A stretch of DNA of 61,321 bases from a bacterium. GTDB taxonomy: Bacteria; Hydrothermota; 32-111. The stretch lies in the NCBI GenBank assembly GCA_050239825.1, contig JBFXGO010000009.1, forward strand, positions 1-61,321, read 5' to 3'. Position numbers and translations under genes: made by a program. The notes under the pieces are model-generated. The model was not told the origin of the DNA. It saw nothing but the letters and a program-made list of their open reading frames with translations, and ran no database searches. This document shows, one piece after another, positions 19,086 through 29,221 of this stretch. The first letter of the stretch is position 1. Every line of letters begins with the position of its first letter.

Positions 19086-20027
19086 TTACCCCCTTTCAAG
19101 AATATTTATAATGCACTGCTGAAGCAGTATATTGGAAAACGAATTTGAATATGTGCGCAAGTCGCGCAGAAGATTGTAGAAATTATCAAACGCAAAATCA
19201 AGTTCGCGGTCATTCCATTTTTTTGCCTCATTGTTTGAAAAGCCGCTCTCGTTCTTAAAAGGATTCCTCACTTTCTCTATTTCGCGCATCAACAGAAGAA
19301 CTATGCCGTCAATGTTCATCACATTCCATTTTATAACCTTTTCAACCGCCTCCATCGTCTGTCTTTTATTCCGCCTGAAAAAACTGTCTGCTATTTTGTA
19401 TTGGAGATTCTGTGTGAAATCAACATCCACAAGAGTTTCAACATCAAATTCCGTAATATTATCCTCGCCTGAGATATATCTCATATTTAGTATGTTCAGA
19501 ATATTATTAACATTGCCTCCGCATCTCTCCATGAGTTCGTCTGAAGTTTTGTCGGATATCTGAAGGTTCTTCTCTTTTATGAATTTTCTCATCTCATCCC
19601 TTGCTCCGGCTTTTGCTACTGAGTGCTGATATATTTTTGCTCCGGGAAACTTCTCCTCTGTCGTTCTCATTATATTTTTCATAGAGCCGGCGAATTCATC
19701 AATGCTCAGAACAACAGCGAGCGAATCTTTTTCAAGCGCTGAAAATGTTTTATCGATCTCCTCATATCCTGCTTTCGTAAGAGAGTCGGGGTTTTTAAGA
19801 ATTATGAGCTTCCGTTTCGACACCATTGGAGGAGCCATTGACCTGCTGACCGCATCCTCAATTGAGGTTGTATCCCCGAAGATTTCAACAAAATCAAAAT
19901 CCTCAAAGCCCTCCGCCACATACTCTTTTTTAAGCTCTTCAATCAAAGTGGGGATTCCATCATGCTGTATCGCCGCTATAGCTATATAACTGCAATTTTT
20001 TACAAGTATGCGCAGGTGATCATTCAT
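19086..20027 (-). CDS. holA: DNA polymerase III delta subunit (divergent)
   Basis: DFDFVEIFG...APPMVSKRKLIILKN and LMERCGGN; typical length. Confidence 0.7.
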   Translation of the reverse strand: MNDHLRILVKNCSYIAIAAIQHDGIPTLIEELKKEYVAEGFEDFDFVEIFGDTTSIEDAVSRSMAPPMVSKRKLIILKNPDSLTKAGYEEIDKTFSALEKDSLAVVLSIDEFAGSMKNIMRTTEEKFPGAKIYQHSVAKAGARDEMRKFIKEKNLQISDKTSDELMERCGGNVNNILNILNMRYISGEDNITEFDVETLVDVDFTQNLQYKIADSFFRRNKRQTMEAVEKVIKWNVMNIDGIVLLLMREIEKVRNPFKNESGFSNNEAKKWNDRELDFAFDNFYNLLRDLRTYSNSFSNILLQQCIINILERG

Positions 20028-21004
20028 ATCCTGTATCTTGCTCCGACAGAATGGCTGAATCCAAGCTCGCCGGTTGATACGGAATAGTATATCCCAAATC
20101 CAAGAACATCTATGAAACAGCCTGCTCCGTAAGATCTCTCCTGTTCACCGTCAGTTGCGTTGAGCAAATGAGTAATGCCGCAGAAGACTCCCGCCATTTC
20201 ATTGTACCTATATATCAGAGAAGATAATAATTTTCCCTCATCCGCATCCGTCCATCCGGCTTCATAGAAAATTTCCGATTTTACAACCGATAATTTCACC
20301 ATGTACGAGAGAGCCGCATTTATCTTAATTTTCCTTATATCCACAGTATTCGAGTCTGTATCCCACTTGACCCTTGTGCCGCCTATATCAGAAAGAGAAA
20401 ACCCGAAAGACGCCTTTGAGGGATTACTCTGAGAGAATGTGTTGAAATAGTACGCGGCATTCACTCCGGCATCGATGCCCGCTCCTATTCCTGTATTCTC
20501 GTAGATTTTGTGTATAATGGGTTTTATGTTTAAACCACCTGAGAGAGAGAACCTTTTCAAAGGTTCGTCAGCATAGATGTAAGAAGCATTTATCAAAATG
20601 CAGTTTGCATTGTCGGAAAAGTATCCGGTTGGTTCAAATGAAACAGAATCCGAATATTCCGGATATATCGGTATTCCGGAAATCAACTGATTGATATAGC
20701 CGAGTCCGAAACGTACAGATTTGACTGAAGGCATAACAATCGAAGCCGAATTATATTGTGAATTGTTGGAGAAGAGAAACTTGTGTTCGTAACTCAGAAA
20801 AAATCTTGAATTCTCCAAAGTCGATGAATTTGCCGGATTAAAATAAAACATAGGGTTAAACTCATCTGCGAAGGTTATCAAAGAGCCCCTTGCGCCTTCA
20901 CCTAAAACTCCCGGATTCAGGGAAAGAAATGTCTCAGCATAGTCTGCCGCATAAACAAACGCGACATATAGTACTATGATTGCGAAGATTATTCTTTTTT
21001 TCAT
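20024..21004 (-). CDS. PorV/PorQ-family outer-membrane beta-barrel
   Basis: Signal peptide, FLSLNPG...YFNPA and GAGIDAG; directly after the C25 gene with an ATGA overlap. Confidence 0.75.
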   Translation of the reverse strand: MKKRIIFAIIVLYVAFVYAADYAETFLSLNPGVLGEGARGSLITFADEFNPMFYFNPANSSTLENSRFFLSYEHKFLFSNNSQYNSASIVMPSVKSVRFGLGYINQLISGIPIYPEYSDSVSFEPTGYFSDNANCILINASYIYADEPLKRFSLSGGLNIKPIIHKIYENTGIGAGIDAGVNAAYYFNTFSQSNPSKASFGFSLSDIGGTRVKWDTDSNTVDIRKIKINAALSYMVKLSVVKSEIFYEAGWTDADEGKLLSSLIYRYNEMAGVFCGITHLLNATDGEQERSYGAGCFIDVLGFGIYYSVSTGELGFSHSVGARYRI

Positions 21005-24000
21005 TTTATAACACTCATCTTCTGTATGCTTGATTTTATCGTCTCTGCATCAAGAGTTCCGCTTACCGTATAAAAGTATGTGCCGTTTGCAAGACCTGAT
21101 ACATCCAAATCGCAGAAGAACCTTGCCTGTTCAAGCTGTTCCATTTGAATTAAACGAGCAAGAGAACCGTTTGGTGCATAGACTTTTAGAACGGCTGTTT
21201 CTGGGACTTTTGAAAAATCGCAGACAATTTTAGTGAACTCCCCCTTGACGGGATTGGGAAAGTTTGCCACCCTTATTATTTTAAATTGATTGGAGACTAT
21301 GAATGACATTACCTTTGATGATTTGTTTCCGAATATGTCCTCAGCCTCAACATTGATGACAGATGTTCCGTTCTCATATTCTCTGCTGAATTTTATCGGG
21401 ATGCTGTTGTCGCTCTTGCTGTTTAAAACCGTGTACTCGGATTTTAGAAGGGTGTCGTTGTCAGAAATGATGACAAGTTTGTCAAGATTAATTGCTTCAT
21501 TATCCTCTATTGCGCAGCCGAAATCAACAGTGTTTAGAAGCACAACTCCTCCGGTAAATTCTTTGTTTTCTATGTTTATAGATATCACCGGCGCAGTAGA
21601 GTCGCTCCATCCGGCGGCAATGAAGCTCTTTTTGAATCTGTTTAAAGTTGTTTCTCCGCTTAAACTCTTCTGATTAAGCGCACAGTAAAGATTCTCATCA
21701 GAATTGTATTCAAGTATTCCTTTCCCCTCAAATGTATCCAAAAGACTGATTCTCACAACCGTCATTTTTGCAGAATCTCCTGTAAGAATCGAATATAGAT
21801 ATGGCTTCTCATCTTCGTCAAAAATCAATGGTTCGACCGAAGAAATAGTATCCGTGAAGATCTCTCTTGTAAGGACTATCAGATTTGTATCATTTAAAGT
21901 AACGGTGCGGAGAGATACATTGAGATTTTTGTAGTTTAGCGCCGAGTCGGTAACAGAACTTCCCACATAAGCATATATTTGATCAAAATCTGTTACATTA
22001 AGAATATTGTTGGCATAGTTTGACTCGGATGCGTTCAATGAATCCGGATTCAATGAAATAAGGAGATTTTCGCTGTAATAATTCTTTGATATCATTATTC
22101 TGCTTTCAACAGTCTCATTCGGCTCTATCTCTACAGTGTCAGACCCTATTGCTGTTAAAATATCATCCACATATCCATAGTAATCAATCGGCACTCCTGT
22201 CACTTTTCTCTTGCCCATATTGAGCACTTTTATGCAGAGGTAGGGGGTAAGACTATCCGGCATAAGATACGGGTCGGATGAAAACTGCAAATCGGGAATT
22301 GAGGGTATCAGAAGACTCTTTTTTGGAGTTGAATAAACAGATGCACCCAAGGTATCTGAATAAGAGATATAGTATGAAAAGTACAGGTCGGTTGATTGAG
22401 CCCTTATCGGAGGAAGGCTTATGGTGTAAAATCTTGAAGAATTTGAAGAGTCCTGAACCATAGACATTGTGCGGTATGACGCATCAGAGGGATACTTGTA
22501 CATTGCCGTGATGTTGGCGATGTTGGCATTCTCTCCAATCTCGGTTATTATTTTCAGACTCTCTGTCGTATCGGGAGATGCAGGCAAAACGAAGTATCTC
22601 TTTATACCGCCTATGACGACGGAAGGAAATGCTTCATATAGCACGGATGAATCCTCCGTAACAGCCATTGTCAAGACTCTTATGCCTCCGGCAACAAGAG
22701 AATCAGGCATTAAAAGAGAATTTTCACCTGTGCCTAAAACCAAAGCGGCATAATCGCGTGAGATTGCCCTGTTCTCGGAATCTACTGCAACAGACTGCAT
22801 CAGTCCGTCATCAAGCTGTGTGTCCGCAAGCACTACTTTAAGCGTATCTCCTGCATCAATGCTGTATGATGAGAGAGAACACACTTTATCCGAAACATCA
22901 GGAATCTTGATGTCAACAAGATTTATACCGAGCATTCCATAATTCTTTATCTGATTTGCATTGAGTGATTCATCATTATAGGGGCCAATGTAGCCCTGTT
23001 GAAGGTAGAAGTCCAATTCTCCGTAGAGTGCTATATCCCCTATATTTCTTACACCATTATTTGTAAACTGCTTGAAATTTGACTCACTGAGTGTGTGGTT
23101 GAGAGACATACTGCTCGCCGTTGACGAACCATAGTAAGCTATTGCTCCGCCGTATGGCGATGAGACAAACGCCTCTCCTATTGACATAGAGTCAATGTTA
23201 GGTTTATCAAAGAATCCCGTAATGCATGAATAAACATTGACAAAGGGCATTCTTTCCATGTTGTAAATTCTGTAAATATCGCTTAAACGAATGTACAATC
23301 GCGAACCTATTGACTGTTCGGCTCCGTGTGCAAGTATCGTCAGGTAAGAAGAGCCGTATGACAACTGACTAATAAAGTCACCATTCTGATCATATTTGTT
23401 AGCCATAAACTCGGGGTACATATACTCCGGAAGCATTGAAGCAAGTTTGTATGACTGATACTTTGCCTCAAGATAGTCGAGAAGACTGTCGCTTGGACCA
23501 GTGGTGTCATAAGCGAAAATTGCTCTAAGGTTGTGTATGCCTCCGTTTTTCCAGTCAAGGTAGCTCTGCGCCTTTATTATGGCTGTATTTATATCATTTT
23601 CATTTCTTGCGGGAAATCGCGATATCGATATGTCTTCTATTGGATCATCTCCGGAGACTGCCGCAAAGTAATTGTCTGAACAGACCATTCCAAATCCTGA
23701 CGCATCATAATAAAAAGCTACAGGAATGTCATTCGGGACTGAATTCAAATGATTGTTGTTGTCATATGAACCATCCGCAAGTATCATCACATTTGATGGC
23801 GGTATATTCCAATTGTTGTATGCAGTAACAAGAAAATCCTTTATCCCCTTTATGCTCTTTTTGCCGAATGAGAATTCATCGTAAATCTCCTGACTTCCTA
23901 CAAGCTTCACAGTGTGTTCGTCGTCAAGAAGGTCTATGAAACCCGCAGCGGCCGATTTTAGTTTCTGATTGGTTATTATTACATACTCACCCTCGTTAAG

Positions 24001-25494
24001 AGAGCTTGAAAGATTCTCATTCATAAACCTCTCTATAGTGTCGCACGAAAGGAAAGAGTTCAGACCGTAAACCGCATAATCCCTGTTTGAAGAAAATAGC
24101 TGGTCGTCAAAGACTATTTCGTATGTATTGGTGCCTGCATCGTAAATCGATTGATATGCTTCAATTTTTTTAAGGTCTTTCCTGTATATTGAAACCGCTG
24201 AACTTGGAAAGTTCTTCACCCTGTATCTGAAATTGCCGAATCCCTCTTCATCTTCAAGAGTGAAGTTTATTCTGGAATCTTCACAAAACAAATTTTTTCT
24301 GTAATCGACTTCAATCCAATTGAGTGCAACATCATTAGGGTATGAGTCATTTGGAAGCACTTCAAAATAAAAACTGCATGTATCCTTGTTTGTCACTGAT
24401 AGGGATTCATATTCGAAGATATACGGAGCAAGCCCGTCCCAACTGAGTGTAGAGATGAGAGTGGAGTCATAGTAAAAATTCAGAATATGGTCGGGATTAT
24501 ACATTATCAAATAAGTCGTGCCGTGAAAATATACTCTTATATTGACATCTGAAGAGAGAGTGTCGAAATTATCAAGAGGAATGCTCGCGTTGTAGATATC
24601 TCCTCCGAGAAGATATTTCATGTACCAGAAATCTGTTGTGTCGATTGTCGACTTGCCGCCTATTTTCAGATAAGAAGAGTCATACTCGGAATGGTAAGTA
24701 AAGAGTGTGGATGTTATTTCGGAATCTATCATGCTGTCATCCATCATCCCTGAATTATCAATCACATACCTGATGCCGCTACCTCCACCCGCACTCAATA
24801 TATAAGTATTTTCAAGTTCATATCTGTTGTAATATACCGAGCCGCCGTCAATTCTCTCTGCGTAAAATTCAAAATAATCTCCGGGTCCGAAGACATTGTC
24901 TCCTGTGCCGTTCATATAGAGAGGAATTTCCGAGCCGTTATTGTAGAGTTTTATAGTCGCAGGAGTGTATGAAGACAGGTCAATTCCCGACATTGCCAGA
25001 ATCTCATCATAGAAGACCCTGTACATTCCCGTGGAATCGATTCTCACTCTTACAAGAGGAGTTCCTTCATACGATGTTTTTTCTTTGCTTTTCAGCCGCG
25101 GTTTGATGAATTCTTTGAGCTTCTTGCCGTTGAGGACCATTGACTCCATTGTTTTAAGAGTTTTAGAGTCAGGCGCAAAAATTTTACCCGGCATTTTCAC
25201 AGGAGTATATTTTATCTTCAAAGTATAATCCGCCGGATAAGGCCTGACAGGAAGTAAATAATAGTCTTTGAAGTAAAACGGGTCTCCAATGACTGCTCTT
25301 TTGTCATCTATATCCGTTTCTACAGAATACATACATGAAGGAGGAAGAAGCACTGATGACGCCTTATCCGTCTCTTCCTTGAAATATTTTATGATGATTG
25401 TATTATCTTTTTCGGAAACAAGGGTGAATGCGCCCCAAGCGAAAGAAGCGGCAAAAAGCACTGCTGCAAACAAATATAATTTCATCTTATCCAT
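21001..25494 (-). CDS. C25 (gingipain-like) peptidase, PorU-like sortase, with CARDB-like region and T9SS C-terminal domain
   Basis: TGMYRV, GDYFEFYA, QEIYDEFSFG, LADGSYD, SDNYF and ISRFP; His in LAHG and Cys in YSCITG; NFPNP...LANGTYFY tail. Confidence 0.85.
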   Translation of the reverse strand: MDKMKLYLFAAVLFAASFAWGAFTLVSEKDNTIIIKYFKEETDKASSVLLPPSCMYSVETDIDDKRAVIGDPFYFKDYYLLPVRPYPADYTLKIKYTPVKMPGKIFAPDSKTLKTMESMVLNGKKLKEFIKPRLKSKEKTSYEGTPLVRVRIDSTGMYRVFYDEILAMSGIDLSSYTPATIKLYNNGSEIPLYMNGTGDNVFGPGDYFEFYAERIDGGSVYYNRYELENTYILSAGGGSGIRYVIDNSGMMDDSMIDSEITSTLFTYHSEYDSSYLKIGGKSTIDTTDFWYMKYLLGGDIYNASIPLDNFDTLSSDVNIRVYFHGTTYLIMYNPDHILNFYYDSTLISTLSWDGLAPYIFEYESLSVTNKDTCSFYFEVLPNDSYPNDVALNWIEVDYRKNLFCEDSRINFTLEDEEGFGNFRYRVKNFPSSAVSIYRKDLKKIEAYQSIYDAGTNTYEIVFDDQLFSSNRDYAVYGLNSFLSCDTIERFMNENLSSSLNEGEYVIITNQKLKSAAAGFIDLLDDEHTVKLVGSQEIYDEFSFGKKSIKGIKDFLVTAYNNWNIPPSNVMILADGSYDNNNHLNSVPNDIPVAFYYDASGFGMVCSDNYFAAVSGDDPIEDISISRFPARNENDINTAIIKAQSYLDWKNGGIHNLRAIFAYDTTGPSDSLLDYLEAKYQSYKLASMLPEYMYPEFMANKYDQNGDFISQLSYGSSYLTILAHGAEQSIGSRLYIRLSDIYRIYNMERMPFVNVYSCITGFFDKPNIDSMSIGEAFVSSPYGGAIAYYGSSTASSMSLNHTLSESNFKQFTNNGVRNIGDIALYGELDFYLQQGYIGPYNDESLNANQIKNYGMLGINLVDIKIPDVSDKVCSLSSYSIDAGDTLKVVLADTQLDDGLMQSVAVDSENRAISRDYAALVLGTGENSLLMPDSLVAGGIRVLTMAVTEDSSVLYEAFPSVVIGGIKRYFVLPASPDTTESLKIITEIGENANIANITAMYKYPSDASYRTMSMVQDSSNSSRFYTISLPPIRAQSTDLYFSYYISYSDTLGASVYSTPKKSLLIPSIPDLQFSSDPYLMPDSLTPYLCIKVLNMGKRKVTGVPIDYYGYVDDILTAIGSDTVEIEPNETVESRIMISKNYYSENLLISLNPDSLNASESNYANNILNVTDFDQIYAYVGSSVTDSALNYKNLNVSLRTVTLNDTNLIVLTREIFTDTISSVEPLIFDEDEKPYLYSILTGDSAKMTVVRISLLDTFEGKGILEYNSDENLYCALNQKSLSGETTLNRFKKSFIAAGWSDSTAPVISINIENKEFTGGVVLLNTVDFGCAIEDNEAINLDKLVIISDNDTLLKSEYTVLNSKSDNSIPIKFSREYENGTSVINVEAEDIFGNKSSKVMSFIVSNQFKIIRVANFPNPVKGEFTKIVCDFSKVPETAVLKVYAPNGSLARLIQMEQLEQARFFCDLDVSGLANGTYFYTVSGTLDAETIKSSIQKMSVIK

Positions 25495-26900
25495 AGAATC
25501 TTTTCTCCATATTTTGATTCACCGCTCTCTATGAGAAGGAAGTATATGTCATTTCTCTGCATCAAATCTTTTGATATTACAATTTCATTATTCACATTCT
25601 CTCTTTCAAAGAGCTTTCTTCCGAGTTTGTCAACCATTGAAACTCTGTACATATTTTCATCCTTGAAAGTGAGCAGGCAGCCTTTATAGGTTAACGATGC
25701 CTTGTAGGGTTTTTCTTTCTGCGCAATTTCTTTCTTTGCAGGGGGAAGTTTTGTCCACCATATATCATTTGTCTGGTTTTCATTGACCGGGGTATCATCA
25801 TTGACTATATAAACCACATGAATATTGCCGTTTGCATCCTCTATTATCTGAGGAAGAACAATGTATCCGTGCAGGTGCGATGCCAGAAGAGTCTTCTCTT
25901 CAATTACTCCAGTAAAAGGATTGTAAAGTATGGTATAAAGGTTGCCGTACTGATTTTCATCCGACACATAAACAAGCCGGAGTTTTCCTCCGGTCATAAT
26001 TCCAGCAGGATGGCTGATGTTTGACCTGGTGTCTGAAAGCAGGACTTCAACTCCCCAGGAAAAGCCATTGAATTTTGAAACAAAGAGGTCGGTAACTCCG
26101 GAGATATTTGCAGTGAATATTGCATATTCATCTGCTCCGTTTGAAATGAGATTCGGGCAGTAGGCATTTGCGGCTGGATCTGCTACAATTAACGGAGAAG
26201 ACCATCCGGAACCCGTATTTCTGACATTATATAGGACTTGATATCCGTCTGTTTCTGTTGAATAGATGACGCTGACCTCCCCATCCTGATATGCAAAAAT
26301 GTCAGGAGAGATGCAGTTGTTCTCTAAAGGGGTAATGTTGACCTTCTGCTGAAAAATAGTATCAAAATATGTGTAGTATATGTTGAAATAGCCGGTAGAA
26401 TCATCCATGAATACCAGATGATGTTTTTTATTTCCATAACAGAGTTTGGGAAACCAAGTATAAGAATTAAAAGTATTTGTTACAGTGATCTGAGAAGACC
26501 AGAGCGAGTTGTTGAAATATTTTGAGTATAACTCAAAAGAGCCTGTTCTGTAATCCTCCCACACGACAAGAGATTTTCCGTCAGGCTCGACAGAGATTGT
26601 GGGCATCCAGCTTAATGCGTAATAACCTGTTCCGCCTGGTGGATCATCAAGAAATGAGGATGTGTAAAGCCAGTCAGTTCCGTCATATTTTGTTTTCTTT
26701 ATGCAGTTGTATGCATCCTTTGATGCATCATACCATGTGATGTGGACATTGCCCAGAGTGTCTGCCGCAAGTGTGTGGGCCGCATTCGGCTGAAAATAAG
26801 CCATAGAGTAAGGCCAAATGTCAACAGGGGAACTCCATTGGGGAAATACAGAGATGAATGTTAAAGGAAAAAGAATAAGAAGAAAAATTTTCTTAATCAT
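25482..26900 (-). CDS. Secreted repeat (beta-propeller-like) protein with T9SS-like C-terminus
   Basis: Signal peptide, repeated GNVHITW/GNIHVVY and WS..P units, and DKLGR...IYFLLI tail. Confidence 0.7.
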   Translation of the reverse strand: MIKKIFLLILFPLTFISVFPQWSSPVDIWPYSMAYFQPNAAHTLAADTLGNVHITWYDASKDAYNCIKKTKYDGTDWLYTSSFLDDPPGGTGYYALSWMPTISVEPDGKSLVVWEDYRTGSFELYSKYFNNSLWSSQITVTNTFNSYTWFPKLCYGNKKHHLVFMDDSTGYFNIYYTYFDTIFQQKVNITPLENNCISPDIFAYQDGEVSVIYSTETDGYQVLYNVRNTGSGWSSPLIVADPAANAYCPNLISNGADEYAIFTANISGVTDLFVSKFNGFSWGVEVLLSDTRSNISHPAGIMTGGKLRLVYVSDENQYGNLYTILYNPFTGVIEEKTLLASHLHGYIVLPQIIEDANGNIHVVYIVNDDTPVNENQTNDIWWTKLPPAKKEIAQKEKPYKASLTYKGCLLTFKDENMYRVSMVDKLGRKLFERENVNNEIVISKDLMQRNDIYFLLIESGESKYGEKILWIR

Positions 26901-26996
26901 ATTATAAAGTATATCTTTTTTGGTTGATTTGTCAATATCCCCCCATTATCAAATTTACATTTATTTATAAATCGCTTTTACTACGACATTTACATG

Positions 26997-27024
26997 GGGG
27001 ACGATGCTTCGCATTTATCGCATT
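26997..27024. repeat. RAYT-like end motif GGGGACGATGCTTCGCATTTATCGCATT
   Basis: GGGGAC core followed by a 9-bp-period direct repeat of TCGCATT. Confidence 0.6.
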
Positions 27025-27057
27025 CAAAAAAAATCATATCCCATTCAGATCTCACTT

Positions 27058-27525
27058 TCATATAAGTTTAATCATATTTAAACACGGGTTTTTCTCTCCC
27101 CAAAGCGTAGGTAGTTCCTCAAGCTCCATGAAACCTGTTGATTTGTAAAACTCACGGGTATTTTTATAAAACGGGTTATTGAGTTTTTCGCTTATTGTCT
27201 TAACTATTAAAAATTTCTTCTCATTTTTTCTGCATTCTTCAGAGCATATCTCAATCATCCTTCTGCCTATACCCATTCTGTGATTCCCTCTAAGTATTCC
27301 CATCACATAAATTTCATTCGCATATGCGCTGGTTTCATGCATCGATGCAAAACCCACACTCTTTCCGTCAATAAAGGTACTTATGAAGAAACCGTCTCCC
27401 ACTCCTTTAATATAATCTAAAATTGCAGATTCAATTCCGAACCAGTCAGAGAGAGAGTGCAGTACTTTGTCGCATATTTTTCTTCTCTCTATTTTGTCTT
27501 CAATAGTTTCGTAAACAATCTCCAT
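27058..27525 (-). CDS. GNAT family N-acetyltransferase
   Basis: EIYVMGI...HRMGIGR, LIVKT, TREFYKSTGF and WGEKNPCL. Confidence 0.9.
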   Translation of the reverse strand: MEIVYETIEDKIERRKICDKVLHSLSDWFGIESAILDYIKGVGDGFFISTFIDGKSVGFASMHETSAYANEIYVMGILRGNHRMGIGRRMIEICSEECRKNEKKFLIVKTISEKLNNPFYKNTREFYKSTGFMELEELPTLWGEKNPCLNMIKLI

Positions 27526-27540
27526 AACAACCTCCTGTTT

Positions 27541-28305
27541 TTACATTTCCAAACATGCTTCAATCGAGAGATATAAGAGCTTCTCTCTCACAGTATTATT
27601 ATTCTGCCACCCCCTTGAGTCCCACTCATCACCGCTCAAATCGTCTCCGCAGTATAGCATCTGCGCAAATTCAACTCCCCGGTATTTGGATATCGCAAAA
27701 AATGCTGCTGCCTCCATTTCAACAGTGAGACATCCCTCCTCTCTTCTCTCTTTAACTTTGTTTATTGTCTCTCTGTATATTCCGTCAGTAGTCCATGTTT
27801 TGCCCAACACATATTCTACTTTGTGTCTCTTTAAGACCTTTTCTATAGATTCAACTCCTTTCCTGCATGCCTCCACCTCTCTTGAAGGAGGAATATAGTG
27901 ATATGATGTCCCCTCATCTCTGACAGCTGATACAGGCACAACAATATGTCCCGCACATAACTTTTTATCCAAAACTCCCGCTCCCCCGCAGGCAATGAAT
28001 TTTGTAAATCCGAGAGCTATCAACTCGTCAAGAAATCCTCCTGCCATTGGCGCTCCTATTCCGGGGAAGAATAGTGAAATCTTTTTTTTCTTGTAAATAA
28101 TCTGATACACAGGCAATGGTCCCGCCTCTGAATATCTTGAATCAATTATAGTTCCGTTATATCTCTTTACTATGTCGCTCAGTGCGTTTCTGAAAAACGT
28201 GATGACACATCGTTCATGCTTGACTCTATTTTTTATGAATACTGACGGTTCAATCATTGAAATTGATTTTGAATCAAATTCAAGAATTGGATATTTTTTC
28301 TTCAT
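27541..28305 (-). CDS. Nucleoside (uridine/purine) phosphorylase family protein
   Basis: GIGAP, CGGAG, RDEGTSYHY, WTTDGIYRET and VEMEAAA. Confidence 0.92.
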   Translation of the reverse strand: MKKKYPILEFDSKSISMIEPSVFIKNRVKHERCVITFFRNALSDIVKRYNGTIIDSRYSEAGPLPVYQIIYKKKKISLFFPGIGAPMAGGFLDELIALGFTKFIACGGAGVLDKKLCAGHIVVPVSAVRDEGTSYHYIPPSREVEACRKGVESIEKVLKRHKVEYVLGKTWTTDGIYRETINKVKERREEGCLTVEMEAAAFFAISKYRGVEFAQMLYCGDDLSGDEWDSRGWQNNNTVREKLLYLSIEACLEM

Positions 28306-29130
28306 TCATTTCCTCCCTGAGATTATCATGTGGCCGCCCGAATCAATTGCAAAACTCTCTCTGAAGAAAGAATCGTGAATCTTCATCCAGTTTTTCCACG
28401 CTTTTTTATGCTTTATTTCAAAAATATTGGTTGTTGCATTATCTATATTAAGGCCTTCTAAAGAAGAAATATCTGTTATTTTCAGATGCTGCGATTTCAA
28501 AAGCTTTATTAGTTCTTCCGAAGTGAAGAAATGACAGAAACTCTTTCCGGCAAATCTGTAATCATCTCCTGTTTTTGCGAATTTTGTCACATAAGAGTCG
28601 AATCTAACCTCCCCGGGCCAGCCCATAGGAGTTGCAAGAAGAACTCCCCATTTTGACATAACTGATATTATCACTTTTTTGCCTTTTTTAACAACCCTTT
28701 TAAGCTCCTTTACTGCTTTTTCCCTATTATCAAGAGTATGAACATGAGACAATGGCCCTCCAAGGCATATAACAGAATCAAAAGTATTCTCTTCAAACAA
28801 AGAGAGGTTTGTGATTGTTCCTTCAAGAATTCCTTTTATTCTTTTTTCCACTTTATATTTTTTTATCATTTTCTCAGCAAATCTTAGATTCTCAGGCACA
28901 AGGTCGAGAAGAACAGCATCATATCCCATTTTCGCAAGTTCGATTGTGTATCTTCCGGGACCGACTCCTGCGTCAAGTACCAATCCCTTCTTTGGCAGAT
29001 GCTTCTTTAAGAATTTCATGGTTCCGTCAAATTCAAGTTTATGGAACGCATCCTGATAAAGCCTGTTCCATTCCCTTTCGGGCGAAGCGGAATAGAGTTT
29101 TTTTACTAGAGTAATTTCACGATTTTTCAT
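28306..29130 (-). CDS. Class I SAM-dependent methyltransferase
   Basis: VLDAGVGPGRY and FDSVICLGGPLSH; start set at ATG 29130 after a G-run RBS. Confidence 0.9.
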   Translation of the reverse strand: MKNREITLVKKLYSASPEREWNRLYQDAFHKLEFDGTMKFLKKHLPKKGLVLDAGVGPGRYTIELAKMGYDAVLLDLVPENLRFAEKMIKKYKVEKRIKGILEGTITNLSLFEENTFDSVICLGGPLSHVHTLDNREKAVKELKRVVKKGKKVIISVMSKWGVLLATPMGWPGEVRFDSYVTKFAKTGDDYRFAGKSFCHFFTSEELIKLLKSQHLKITDISSLEGLNIDNATTNIFEIKHKKAWKNWMKIHDSFFRESFAIDSGGHMIISGRK

Positions 29131-29221
29131 CGCCCCCCCCTTTACTAAAATGCTCTTTCTCTGAATAAGAAGAAGAACAAATATGATTGTGAAAAAAGGT
29201 TTTTTCATCTTCGCTTTCTAT

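Noticed and set aside
29131..29208. Hydrophobic N-terminal extension on the methyltransferase, or the C8 run as a phase-variation tract
   Set aside because: The G-run on the coding strand is placed as the RBS for ATG 29130, and there is no evidence of slippage.
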